Shown here: positions 25,589 through 36,700 of the stretch, in pieces
Numbering within the stretch: position 1 is the stretch's first letter
How the letters are laid out: each line of letters begins with the position of its first letter
DNA from: Centroscyllium fabricii
Taxonomy: Eukaryota
Direction of reading: 5' to 3'
Length of the DNA stretch: 64,000 nt
NCBI GenBank assembly: GCA_051313645.2
Contig: JBNRSN020000003.1
Location: 484,530,001 to 484,594,000 of the forward strand
The notes under the pieces: generated by a model
Seen by the model: the letters and a program-made list of their open reading frames with translations, nothing else
Database searches by the model: none
What the model was told of the DNA's origin: nothing
Translations under genes and position numbers: made by a program

Positions 25589-26311
25589 CCAACACCCCTT
25601 GCCTGGATGATGAAAAAAAATCACCAAAATGAAAATCCAAACCCTATGATGCCTTTGAGCACTCAGTGGACCTTATGGTCAGGCATTGAACCAGACAAAC
25701 CACACAGGTCCCAAGTTTAATCGTTTATCTATGCCACATAAGTTCTTCTCAACTAATATTGCAATTAGCTTCCATATACAGCAAGAGTACGTAAAAGAAG
25801 AATTAGCCAGGATTCCCACCTGTGATTGCTGCCTAACAACCCTTGTGTTGAAAATGCTTGTGTGCGACAGTTGAGTGAGGATAAGATCGGGCTTGGGCTG
25901 GGATTCCTCCCTCCACAGTCAAATAGCCTGCCTTGGCTCAACGTGTGAAGGAACAGTGACTTCTGTGAGGCATGGGAGGGCTGTTGGCACCTATGGAATG
26001 TGCCTTCGAGTGAATCACCACTCACAGAGGAGGAGGGGAACAAACAAACCCCACTCATATATGCATCTTAAGCTGTAAGATTCGGAAAGGTTTCGGAACA
26101 AATGGATTTCCTTCTCAGCTGTAGTTCCTGTCTATATCCAATTGTTCTCTGCTTGCAGTGCCCATGAAGTAGCAGTTACCGGGGGTGTTTAAATGTGATT
26201 GTTGTGAGAGTTAACCACTTCACTGTGTTTCATTGACTTCTGAGTGAACTGAAACAATCCTTAAAAATGTGTAAGCGGCAGCCAAGCTCATTATAATGCT
26301 CTTGTTTTCAG

Positions 26312-26694
26312 TTTGAGGCGATCAGTAAGTAGCTACAGGACCAAAGGAGCTTTGTTATTTCCATTTTCTTTAAGATTTATAACACACACAGCTGCAGTTC
26401 GTTTGTGATTCTGTTAATTTATGAAAGGCTTTGCTGTGATAAATGTTTTGATGTGACCAATTGTTCTCTGGTTTCTTGTAATATTTGAAACTAATGGTTC
26501 TCTGTGGTGTTTTTTTTCCTGCAGAATTATTTAGACACCTCCACTGTATGTACTTTACTTTAAAAACCTGCCATTTATAAATTACACAGGAAAATGTAAC
26601 GATTTTACTCTTTTTGTAGATGCTGTATCATCCTGCAAAAGAAATTGATGATGCAAGTTCCAAGGAACCGATTGGTCGCTGCTTCATAGCATAA
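26312..26694 (+). other. Possible host micro-exon chain or pseudogene remnant
   Basis: AG/GT-bounded 13-nt (26312-26324) and 21-nt (26525-26545) segments plus an acceptor at 26620; joined frame reads LRRSNYLDTSTMLYHPAKEIDDASSKEPIGRCFIA*. Confidence 0.3.
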
Positions 26695-26872
26695 GTGTGT
26701 GTGATGGCATGGTCTCCGCTTGCCTGGATGTGGGCAGCTCCTCCAACACTCAAGAAGCTCGACACCATCCAGGACAAAGCAGCCCGCTTGATTGGCACCC
26801 CATCCACCACCTTAAACATTCACTCCCTCCACCACTGGCGTACCGTGGCTGCAGCATGTACCATCTACAAGC
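26695..26872 (+). mobile_element. CR1/L2-group LINE fragment (related to 150-1225)
   Basis: SPLAWMWAAPPTLKKLDTIQDKAARLIG..SLHHWRTVAA. Confidence 0.75.
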
Positions 26873-27489
26873 AGGGAAGAGGACCCCAGGTACAGTGCTG
26901 GAGGTGCCTCAGCCTTTGCCCTTGTCCAACAGGTATCAGGTTCTTGTTGCCTGTTTGGATGAGGGAAAACCCGGCAGGATGGATGAGCAGGCTGACCATG
27001 GCACCATGGTGCAGGATGAAATTCAAGTGGGGGGAGTGAAAGGAAATATAGTTGTGGTGGGGGCAGTATAGTCAGGGGGATAGATACAGTTCTCTGCAGC
27101 TGTGACCGAGAGTTCTGAAGGTTGTGTTGCCTGGGTTAAAGCCATCTCCTCATAGCTGGAGGTGAATTTGGAGTGGGAGGGGGAGGATCCCATTGTTGTG
27201 GTCCACGTAGGAACCAACAACATGGGTAGAACTAGGAATGAAGATCTGCTGAGGGAGTTTGAGGAGATCAGATCCAAATTAAAAAGCAGAACCTCGAAGG
27301 TAATAATCTCTGGATTGTTACCTCAGCCACATGCAAAAGGGACAGAGAGAGTAACAAAGGTAATAAAGCATCAGTGACTAAGGTGACATCAGGGAAAAAT
27401 AGAAATAATTCAAAGCTAAAGGCATTATATCTGAATGCGCATAGCATTCACAACAAAATAGATGAATTAATAGCGCAGATAGAATTTAT

Positions 27490-27812
27490 GGGCTGCACGG
27501 TGGCATAGTGGTTAGCACTGTTGCCTCACAGCGCTAGGGGCCCGGGTTCAAATCCGGCCTCGGGTGACTATCTGTGTGGAGTTTGCACATTCTCCCCGTG
27601 TCTGCATGGGTTTCCTCCGGGTGCTCCGGTTTCCTCCCACAGTCCAAAGATGTGCGGGTTCGGTTGATTGGCCATGATAAATTGACCCTTAGTGTTAGGG
27701 GGATTCAATATGTGGGGTTACAGGGATAGGGTGGGATATGTGTCGGTGCAGGCTCGATGGGCCGAAATGGCCTCTATCTGCACTGTAGGGATTCTAAGAT
27801 TCTATGATTCTA
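27490..27812 (+). mobile_element. V-SINE (HE1-like)
   Basis: tRNA-like head with A/B boxes, V-core and a (GATTCTAT)n tail. Confidence 0.9.
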
Positions 27813-28832
27813 ACAGGTTTAATCCAATAGCCATGACCGAGACGTGGTTGCAAAGTGGCCAAAGTTGGAAACTAAATTTTCCAGGATACTTAACTTTTAG
27901 AAGAGGTAGAGAAAATGGAAAAGGAGGAGGGGTAGCCCTGATAATAAAGGATGGGATAAAGACAGTAGAGAGAAAGGATCTTAGCTCTGAAAAACAAGAA
28001 GTAGAATCAGTTTGGGTGGACCTAAAAAAGAGCAAGGGCCAGAAAAAATTGGTGGGAGTTGTTTATAGGCCCCCAAACAATAGTTGTAATGTAGAGCAGA
28101 GTATAAATCTGGAAATTAGAGGTCCATGTAACAAGGGTAATACAGTAATTATGGGGGACTTTAATCTGCATATAGACTGGGCAAACCACATTTGCAATAA
28201 TAGTGTGGAGGACGAATTCATGGAATGTATGCAAGAGAGTTTTCTAGATCAATATTTTGAGGAACTAACTAGGGAACAGGTTATTTTAGATCTAGTATTG
28301 TGCAATGAGAAAGGATTAATTAATAACCTTGTAGTAAAGGGGCCTTTAGGGAAGAGCGACCATAATATGATAGAATTTTATATTGAGTTTGAAAGTGATT
28401 TAGTTAAATCTGAAACTAGGGTCTTAAATCTAAACAAAGCAAACTACATAGTTATGAGGGAAAAGTTGGCTAAGGTAGATTGGGAAACTACATTAAAGGT
28501 GGACAAGCAATAGCTGGCATTTAAAGAATTTCCGGAGATAGTGGAGAACCAAAGGCTCTAGCGAGAATGAGGAACTGAAAAAAATTAGTATTAGTAAAAA
28601 AATGGTACTGGAGAAATTAATGGGATTGAAAGCCAATAAATACCCTGGACCTGATGGACTGTATCCTAGGGTTTTCAAAGAGGTGGCTACAGAGATAGTG
28701 GATGCACTGTTTGTCAAAATTCCATAGATTTTAGAATGGATCCTGAGGATTGCAAGGAGGCAAATTGATTCCCACTATTTAAGAAAATAGGGAGAGAGAA
28801 AACGGGGAACTACTGAACAGTTAGCCTGACAG

Positions 28833-30331
28833 CATAGAAACATAGAAGATAGGAGCAGGAGTAGGCCATTCGGCCCTTCGAGCCTGCTCCGTCATTCAAT
28901 TAGATCATGACTGATCTTTCAGATTCCGTACCCTGTCCCTACCTTCTCCCCATATCCCTTGATCCCTTCAGCCTGAAGAAATATATCCAACTACTTCTTG
29001 AATGTATTTAATGAACCGGCATCCACCGCCCTCTGTGGTAGAGAATTCCACAGGTTCACCACTCTCTGGGTGAATAAATTCCCCCTCATCTCAGTCCTAA
29101 ATGGCTGTCTCCTTATCCTTCGACTATGTCCCCTGGTTCTGGACTCCCCTTTCATCGGAAACATCCTTCCTGCATCCAGTCTGTCCAGGCCTGACAGAAT
29201 TTTATAGGTTTCGATGAGATCCCCTCTCAATCGTCTGAACTCCAGTGAGTATAAGCCCAATCGACTCAATCTCTCCCCGTACGTTATTCCTGCCATCCCA
29301 GGTATCAGCCTGGTGAATCTTCGTTGCATTCCTTCAATGGCAAGAACATCCTGCCTCAGATGAGGCGACCAAAACTGCACACAATACTCGAGGTGTGGTC
29401 TCACCAAGGTCCTGTAGAGCTGCAGCAAGACATCCTTGTTCTTATATTCGAACCCTCTTGCTACGAAGGCCAACATATCATTTGCCTTCTTAACCGTCTG
29501 TTGCACCTGCATGCTTACCTTCAGTGACTGGTGCACAAGAACACCCAGGTCTCTTTGCGCTTCCCCTTCTCCCAATCTATTGCCATTCAAATAATAATCT
29601 GCCCTCCTGTTTTTACCACCAAAGTGGATAACCTCACAATTGTCCACATTATAGTGCATTTGCCATGTATCTGCCCAATCCCCCAACCTGTCCAAATCGC
29701 ATTGGAGTTTCTCGACATCGTCCTCACAGCATACCCTCCCACCCAGCTTTGTGTCATCTGCAAATTTGGAGATATTACATCCAATTCCCTCTTCCATATC
29801 ATTTATATATATTGTGAAATGCTGGGGTCCTAGGACCAATCCTTGCGGTACCCCACTAGTTACTGCCTGCCACTCGGAAAACAACTCATTTATTCCAACT
29901 CTCTGTTTTCTATCTGCCAACCAGTTCTCTATCCAAGTCAATACCTTGCCCCCAATCCCATGAGCCTTAATTTTGCATGCTAATCTTTTATGAGGGACCT
30001 TATCGAAAGCTTTCTGAAAGTCCAAATACACCACGTCCACTGGTTCTCCCCTATCTATTTTACCAGTTACATCCTCAAAAAATTCCAGTAGATTAGTCAA
30101 GCACAATTTACCTTTTGTAAATCCATGTTGACTCTGTCCGATCCTGTCAATGTTTTCCAAGTGCTCTGCTATTACATCTTCAATAATGGACTCTAGCATT
30201 TTCCCCACTACCGATGTCAGGCTGACTGGTCTATAATTCCCCACTTTTTCTCTACCCCCTTTTTTGAATAGTGGGGTAACATTAGCTACCCTCCAATCCA
30301 TGGGTACTGTTCCAGAGTCTATCGAATCATA
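28833..30331 (-). mobile_element. Young 5'-truncated CR1 LINE (RT half)
   Basis: Open RT frame DWRVANVTPLFKKG...KFADD...RVVNLWNSLP, tail at the left end. Confidence 0.93.
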
Positions 30332-30335
30332 GTGT

Positions 30336-30980
30336 GACCCGGGAAGCGGGACTTGGAGGAAGGAGCGGAGCGGAGCCCAGCGGCAGACCCGAGGACCAGA
30401 GCCCAGCGGCAGCGGCAGCGCCCGGTGAGCGGGACTTCGGCAGCGCCCGGTGAGCGGGAGCGGGACTTGGAGCGGGAACGGGACTTGGAGCGGGAACGGG
30501 ATTTCAAAATCCCAAGAGCGAGGCCTCAAAAGCGGCAGCGGCGGCGGCGGTGAGGCCAGACCCGGGAAGCGGGACTTGGAGGAAGGAGCGGAGCGGAGCC
30601 CAGCGGCAGACCCGAGGACCAGAGCCCAGCGGCAGTGGCAGCGCCCGGTGAGCGGGACTTCGGCAGCGCCCGGTGAGCGGGAGCGGGACTTGGAGCGGGA
30701 ACGGGACTTGGAGCGGGAACGGGATTTCAAAATCCCAAGAGCGAGGCCTCAAAAGCGGCAGCGGCGGCGGCGGTGAGGCCAGACCCGGGAAGCGGGACTT
30801 GGAGGAAGGAGCGGAGCGGAGCCCAGCGGCAGACCCGAGGACCAGAGCCCAGCGGCAGCGCCCGGTGAGCGGGACTTCTGCAGCGCCCGGTGAGCGGGAC
30901 TTGGAGCGGGAGCGGGACTTCGGCCATGCCCAGGGAGCGGGACTTGGAGCGGGAACGGGACTTCAAAAGCGGCAGCAGGA
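30336..30980 (+). repeat. 223-bp tandem monomers (about 2.8 copies) with internal GCGGGA sub-repeats
   Basis: GACCCGGGAAGCGGGACTTGG restarts at 30336, 30559 and 30782; the first two units are nearly identical. Confidence 0.93.
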
Positions 30981-31010
30981 CACAGCAAGTCTCGCGGGCC
31001 TTTCTTTACA

Positions 31011-31036
31011 GGGGGCGGGACACAGCAGTATAAAAG
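31011..31036 (+). promoter_or_regulatory. GC box plus TATA-like element in the CR1 5' region
   Basis: GGGGGCGGGA followed by TATAAAA; downstream splice-like sites AG|GTAAGT (31131) and TG|GTGAGT (31224). Confidence 0.4.
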
Positions 31037-31430
31037 GGGAGCTGTGTGCTAAACCCGAAACACTACGTGGTAGTGTTTCCCACCCTTCCATCCTCCTCTA
31101 ACCTTAGGGGGTTAGAGTGATTTTAAAAAGGTAAGTTCAAATTATTTTTATTTTCAGGAGCCCAACCTAGGTGGAAAGGGTTCCAGGACAGAGAAAGCCT
31201 TCACAACAGGAGACAAGGGACTGGTGAGTACTTTCCTCAAACTTTTCTAAAAACTACTAAAAGTAGTGGGATTCAGTAAATCTAAAAAGGAAACGAAGGG
31301 TACTTTATAGATCGGTCTAAAGTAAGCTTCAGGAAGTAAAAGTTAATAAATAAGCCAAAGTAGCTTCAGGAAGTAATAGTAAGAAATAAGCTAAAACTAG
31401 TAAATTAAAAGGTAATATAAGGGTTAAGTC

Positions 31431-32375
31431 ATGGTAGGACAGCTCAGGCCTGTGTCATGCTCCTCCTGTGCCATGTGGGAAATCAGGGACACTTCCGGTG
31501 TCCCTGACAACTATGTGTGCGGGAAGTGTGTCCAGCTGCAGCTCCTGAGGGACCGCATGGTGGCCCTTGAGCTGCGGATGGACTCACTTTGGAGCATCCA
31601 CGAGTCTGAGAGGGTTGTGGATAGCACATTCAGTGAGTTGGTCACACCGCAGGTAAAGGCCAGCGTAGACAGGGCATGGGTGACCAAAAGGCAGAACAAG
31701 GGCAGGAAGGTAGTGCAGGAATCCCCTGCGGTTATCTCCCTTCGAAACAGGTTCACCGTTTTAGGTACTGTTGGGGGAGATGACTCAGCGGGGGAAGGCA
31801 CCAGCAGCCAGACTCATGGCACCATGACTGGCTCTGCTGCAAAGAAGGGCGGGAAAAGGAGTGGCAGGGCAATAGTGATAGGGGACTCAATCGTAAGGGG
31901 AATAGATAGGAGTTTCTGTGGCCGCAACCGAGACTCCAGGAGGGTATGTTGCCTCCCTGGTGCAAGGGTCAAGGATGTCTCGGAGCGGGTACAGAAAATT
32001 CTGGAGGGGGAGGGGGAACAGCCAGTTGTTGTGGTACACGTTGGTACCAACGATGTAGCCAAAAAAAGGGAGGAGGTCCTACAAGCAGAATTTAGGGAGC
32101 TAGGAGCTAAGTTGAAAAGTAGGACCTCGAAGGTAGTAATCTCTGGATTACTACCAGTGCCACGTGCTAGTCAGAATAGAGAGAGCAGGATAGAGAGGCT
32201 GAATACGTGGCTTGAGCAGTGGTGTAAGAGGGAGGGTTTTAAATTTTTGAGGCATTGGAACCAGTTCTGTGGGAGGTGTGACCTATACAAAAGGGACGGT
32301 CTACACCTATGCAGAGATGGAACTGATGTTCTCGGGGTAATATTTGCTAAAGCAGTTCGGGAGCATTTAAACTAG
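31431..32375 (+). CDS. CR1 ORF1p (Cys-rich zinc finger/leucine zipper plus SGNH esterase)
   Basis: CxxC..CxxC N-terminus; GDSIVRG, HVGTND, DGLHL motifs; 314 aa open. Confidence 0.93.
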   Translation: MVGQLRPVSCSSCAMWEIRDTSGVPDNYVCGKCVQLQLLRDRMVALELRMDSLWSIHESERVVDSTFSELVTPQVKASVDRAWVTKRQNKGRKVVQESPAVISLRNRFTVLGTVGGDDSAGEGTSSQTHGTMTGSAAKKGGKRSGRAIVIGDSIVRGIDRSFCGRNRDSRRVCCLPGARVKDVSERVQKILEGEGEQPVVVVHVGTNDVAKKREEVLQAEFRELGAKLKSRTSKVVISGLLPVPRASQNRESRIERLNTWLEQWCKREGFKFLRHWNQFCGRCDLYKRDGLHLCRDGTDVLGVIFAKAVREHLN

Positions 32376-32422
32376 TATGGCAGGGAGCTAGGAACCTATG
32401 TAGTGAAAAAGAGGAAAGCAAA

Positions 32423-35326
32423 ATGCAGCCAGAAATAAATGGTAAAAGGGTGAGAAACAAAAAACAAAATATACAAAGGGCCAAAGTAATTCATAAAAAG
32501 TGTGAGCAAAAAACAAGCCTGAAGGCTTTATACCTTAATGCAAGAAGCATTAGGAACAAGGTGGATGAATTAGCAGTAGAAATAGAGGTAAACAAATATG
32601 ATCTAATTGGGATTACGGAAACATGGCTGCAGGATGGGCAAAGCTGGGAACTTAACATACAGGGGTATTCAATATTTAGGAAGGATCGACAAAAAAGAAA
32701 GGGAGGAGGGGTAGCATTGCTGGTAAAAGAGGGGATAAATGCAATTGAAAGGAAGGATATTAACTCGGTTAATACGGAATCTATATGGGTAGAACTAAGA
32801 AATAGCAAGGGGCGGAAAACGATAATAGGAGTGGTATATAGGCCTCCAAATAGTAATATGGAGGTAGGGGAGGGCATCAAAAGGGAAATTAGAGAAGCAT
32901 GCAATAAGAGCTCATCTGTCATCATAGGTGACTTTAACTTGCATATAGATTGGACTGGCCAAATTAGTAAAAATAATGAGGAGGAGGAATTCCTTGAGTG
33001 TTTAAGGGATGGTTATCTGGATCAATATGTCGAGGAACCAACTTGGGATCAGGCTATCTTGGACTGGGTACTGTGCAATGAGAAGGGACTAATTAGTAAT
33101 CTTGTTGTACGGGGACCCTTGGGTCAGAGCGATCATAACATGATCGAATTCTCACTCGAAATGGAGAGCGAAGAAACTGACTCAGAGACTAAGGTCCTGA
33201 ATTTAAATAAGGGGAATTATGATGCCATGAGACGGGAATTAAGTAAGTCTGATTGGGCAGCGTTTCTGGGGGGACTGGCGGTGGATAAACAATGGCAAGC
33301 ATTTAAAGACAGAATGGCAGAATTGCAGAAATTGTTTATACCAATTTGGCATAAAAAGAAATCTAAAAAGGTGACTCAACCGTGGATAACAGGGGAAATT
33401 AGGGACAGCATAAAATCCAAAGAAAGAGCATATAAAATAGCCAAAAAAAGCACCAGACCTGAAGATTGGGAACAGTTTAGGATACAACAAAGGAGGGCAA
33501 AGGGATTAATCAGGAGGGGAAAAATAGCGTACGAAAGTAAGCTTGCGCCAAACATTAAAACTAACTCCAAAAGCTTTTACAAGTATATTAAGAGGAAAAG
33601 ACTGGTGAAATCCAAAGTCGGTCCATTACAGTCAGATTCTGGGGAATATATAATGGGAAATAAGGAAATGGCAGACCAATTAAATGCATATTTTGGGTCT
33701 GTCTTCACAAGGGAAGACACAAAAAACCTCCCTGAGATATCGGGAACCATAGAGACAATTGCAAGGGAGGAACTAACAAAAATCAATATCTCTAAGGATA
33801 TGGTGTTGGGGAAGCTAAAGGGACTAAAGGCTGACAAATCCCCAGGGCCTGATAACATGCATCCTAGGGTACTCAAGGAGGTGGCCCTAGAGATAGCAGA
33901 TGCGTTAAGGATAATTTTCCAGAATTCGATAGACTCGGGAACAGTGCCCATGGATTGGAGGGTAGCTAACGTTACCCCACTATTTAAAAAGGGGGGTAGG
34001 GAAAAAGCGGGTAATTACAGACCTGTAAGCCTTACATCGGTGGTGGGCAAAATATTAGAGTCCATCATTAAGGATGTAATAGCAGAGCACTTGGCAAATG
34101 GGGACAGGATAGGACAGAGTCAACATGGATTTACAAAAGGTAAATCGTGCTTGACGAATCTATTAGAATTTTTTGAGGAAGTAACTGGTAAAATAGATGG
34201 GGGAGAGCCAGTAGATGTGGTGTACCTGGACTTCCAAAAAGCCTTCGATAAGGTCCCACATAAAAGATTAGCATGTAAAATCAAGGCGCATGGGATAAGG
34301 GGAAAAGTATTGACGTGGATAGAGAACTGGCTGGCAGATAGAAAACAGAGAGTTGGAATAAACGGCTCATTTTCTGAATGGCAGGCAGTAACAAGTGGGG
34401 TACCTCAGGGATCTGTCCTGGGTCCCCAGCTGTTCACAATTTTTATTAATGACCTAGATCAGGGAATCGGATGCAGCATCTCCAAATTCGCAGACGACAC
34501 TAAACTAGGAGGGGGGGTAGGCTCAGAGGAGGGGATCAGGAAGCTCCAGAGCGATTTGGACAAATTGGGGGACTGGGCAGATACATGGCAAATGCACTAT
34601 AATGTGGATAAGTGTGAAGTTATCCACCTTGGGGGCAAAAACGGGAGGGCAAATTATTATTTAAATGGCAATAGATTGGGAGATGGGGAAGTACAGAGAG
34701 ACCTGGGTGTTCTTGTGCACCAGTCATTGAAGGCGAGCATGCAGGTGCAACAGGCGGTCAGGAAGGCAAATGGTATGCTGGCCTTCATATCAAAAGGGTT
34801 AGAATACAGGAACAAGGACACCTTACTACAGCTGTACAGGGCACTGGTGAGACCACACCTCGAGTACTGTGTGCAGTTTTGGTCGCCTCATCTGAGGAAG
34901 GATGTTCTTGCCATGGAAGGAGTGCAGCGGCGATTCACCAGGCTGATACCAGGAATGGCAGGAATGACCTATGAGGAGAGACTATGTAGTTTGGGGATGT
35001 ACACACTGGAGTTTAGAAGATTGAGAGGGGATCTCATAGAAACATATAAAATTCTGACAGGCCTGGACAGACTAGATGCAGAAGGAATGTTTCCGATGGC
35101 AGGAGAGTACAGAACTAGGAGACACAGTTTAAGGATAAGGGCTAAACCATTTAGGACAGAGATGAGGAGGAATTTCTTCACCCAGAGAGTGGTGAACCTG
35201 TGGAACTCACTGCCACAGAGGGCAGTGGACGCCAGCTCATTAAATATATTTAAGAGGGAATTAGATATATTTCTGCAGGCAAAAGGAGTTAAGGGTTACG
35301 GAGAGAAGGCAGGGACGGGATACTGA
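32423..35326 (+). CDS. CR1 ORF2p (AP endonuclease plus reverse transcriptase)
   Basis: NARS, ITETW, GDFN, SDH; DFQKAFD, GVPQGS, FADD; 967 aa without stops. Confidence 0.96.
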   Translation: MQPEINGKRVRNKKQNIQRAKVIHKKCEQKTSLKALYLNARSIRNKVDELAVEIEVNKYDLIGITETWLQDGQSWELNIQGYSIFRKDRQKRKGGGVALLVKEGINAIERKDINSVNTESIWVELRNSKGRKTIIGVVYRPPNSNMEVGEGIKREIREACNKSSSVIIGDFNLHIDWTGQISKNNEEEEFLECLRDGYLDQYVEEPTWDQAILDWVLCNEKGLISNLVVRGPLGQSDHNMIEFSLEMESEETDSETKVLNLNKGNYDAMRRELSKSDWAAFLGGLAVDKQWQAFKDRMAELQKLFIPIWHKKKSKKVTQPWITGEIRDSIKSKERAYKIAKKSTRPEDWEQFRIQQRRAKGLIRRGKIAYESKLAPNIKTNSKSFYKYIKRKRLVKSKVGPLQSDSGEYIMGNKEMADQLNAYFGSVFTREDTKNLPEISGTIETIAREELTKINISKDMVLGKLKGLKADKSPGPDNMHPRVLKEVALEIADALRIIFQNSIDSGTVPMDWRVANVTPLFKKGGREKAGNYRPVSLTSVVGKILESIIKDVIAEHLANGDRIGQSQHGFTKGKSCLTNLLEFFEEVTGKIDGGEPVDVVYLDFQKAFDKVPHKRLACKIKAHGIRGKVLTWIENWLADRKQRVGINGSFSEWQAVTSGVPQGSVLGPQLFTIFINDLDQGIGCSISKFADDTKLGGGVGSEEGIRKLQSDLDKLGDWADTWQMHYNVDKCEVIHLGGKNGRANYYLNGNRLGDGEVQRDLGVLVHQSLKASMQVQQAVRKANGMLAFISKGLEYRNKDTLLQLYRALVRPHLEYCVQFWSPHLRKDVLAMEGVQRRFTRLIPGMAGMTYEERLCSLGMYTLEFRRLRGDLIETYKILTGLDRLDAEGMFPMAGEYRTRRHSLRIRAKPFRTEMRRNFFTQRVVNLWNSLPQRAVDASSLNIFKRELDIFLQAKGVKGYGEKAGTGY

Positions 35327-35767
35327 ACTGAAGGATCAGCCATGATCTCATTGAATGGCGGAGCAGGCTCGAAGGGCCGAATAGCCTACTCCTGCTCCTA
35401 TCATCTATGTATCTATGTATCTATGTATCATAGGGAAAATGCTAAATTCTATTATTAAGGACGTGGTAACAGGGCACTTAGAAAATAATAATAGGACTGG
35501 GCAGAGTCAACATGGATTTATGAAAGGGAAATTGAGTTTGACAAATCTGTTAGAGTTTTTTGAGGTTGTAATTAGCATAATAGATAAGGGGGAACCAGTG
35601 CATGTGGTGTATTTGGATTTTCAGAAGGCATTCGGTAATGTGCCACATAAGAGGTTATTAAACAAAATTAGGGTTCATGGTATTGAGGATTGGATAACAG
35701 ACAGAAAACATAGAGTAGTAATAAATGGGTCATTTTTGGGTTGGCAGGCTGTAACTAGTTGGGTACC

Positions 35768-36096
35768 AAGGTTCGAATCCTGCTTGGCCCGGGACCTTTC
35801 TGCGTGAAGTTTGCATGTTCTCCCCGTGTTCGTGTGGGTTTCCTTCGGGTACTCCGGTTTCCTCCCACCACCCAAAGACATGCAGGTTAGGTGAATTGGA
35901 GATACTAAAAATTGCCCATGAGTATGTGTGTGAGATATAGTTCTTAGAGTTGGGGGTGTCAGGGGATATGGGGAGAGGATAGGAGGGGGGTGCTGGGTTT
36001 GGATGATCAGCCATGATCTCATCAAAATGGCGGAGCAGGCTCGAAGGGCCGAATGGCCTACTCCTGCTCCTATCTTCTGTGTTTCTGTGTTTCTGT
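35768..36096 (+). mobile_element. 5'-truncated V-SINE
   Basis: B box GGTTCGAATCC, V-core, CR1 tail with (TTCTGTGT)n. Confidence 0.88.
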
Positions 36097-36396
36097 GATC
36101 CGTGGCTTGGGCCTCAGCTATTCACAATCTACATCAATAATTTGGATGAAGGGACCAATTGTAATATATCCAAGTTTGCTGATGATATAAAGCTGGGTGG
36201 GAGTTGTGAGGAGAATGCAAAGAGGCTTCAACAGGATATAGATAGGCTAAGTGAGTGGGCAAGAACATGTCAAATGGAATATAATGTGGAGAAATGTGAA
36301 ATTATCCACTTTGGTAGGAAAAATAGGCAAACAGGGTATTCTTTAAATGGTGAGAGATTGGGAAATTTTAGTGTTCAGAGGGACCTGGGTGTCCTT

Positions 36397-36700
36397 AAGA
36401 ACATAAGAACATAATAAATAGGAGCATGAGTAGGCCAATCGGCCCCTTGAGCCTGCTCCGCCATTCAATAAGATCATGGCTGATCTGATTCTAACAACCA
36501 ATCTACTATCACAGAAGCATCTCCTGAATCTAACCGAATTAGACACTCGAAATAGGAGCAGGTTCAGGCCACACAGTCCCTGGGCCCGCTCCACTACCCA
36601 CAGGGCCATGACTAATCTGAACCTAGACTCATATCCAAATTCCTGCCCGCTCCCCGTAACCCTTAATCCCTTTTACTTCTAGAATCCCTTTTACTTCTAA
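36397..36700 (-). mobile_element. Antisense CR1-tail fragments
   Basis: AAGAACAT repeats and two successive ATAGGAGCA..AGGCCA tail motifs interrupting the old CR1 RT. Confidence 0.6.

Larger units (their letters stand above)
30336..35428 (+). mobile_element. Full-length, apparently intact CR1 LINE
   Basis: GC-rich 5' region, intact ORF1 and ORF2, short 3' UTR and (ATCTATGT)n tail. Confidence 0.95.

Noticed and set aside
28991-30730. 579-aa minus ORF with an SR-rich N-terminus fused to RT
   Set aside because: Chance read-through from the antisense strand of the 223-bp monomers into the truncated CR1 RT; it has no ATG start.
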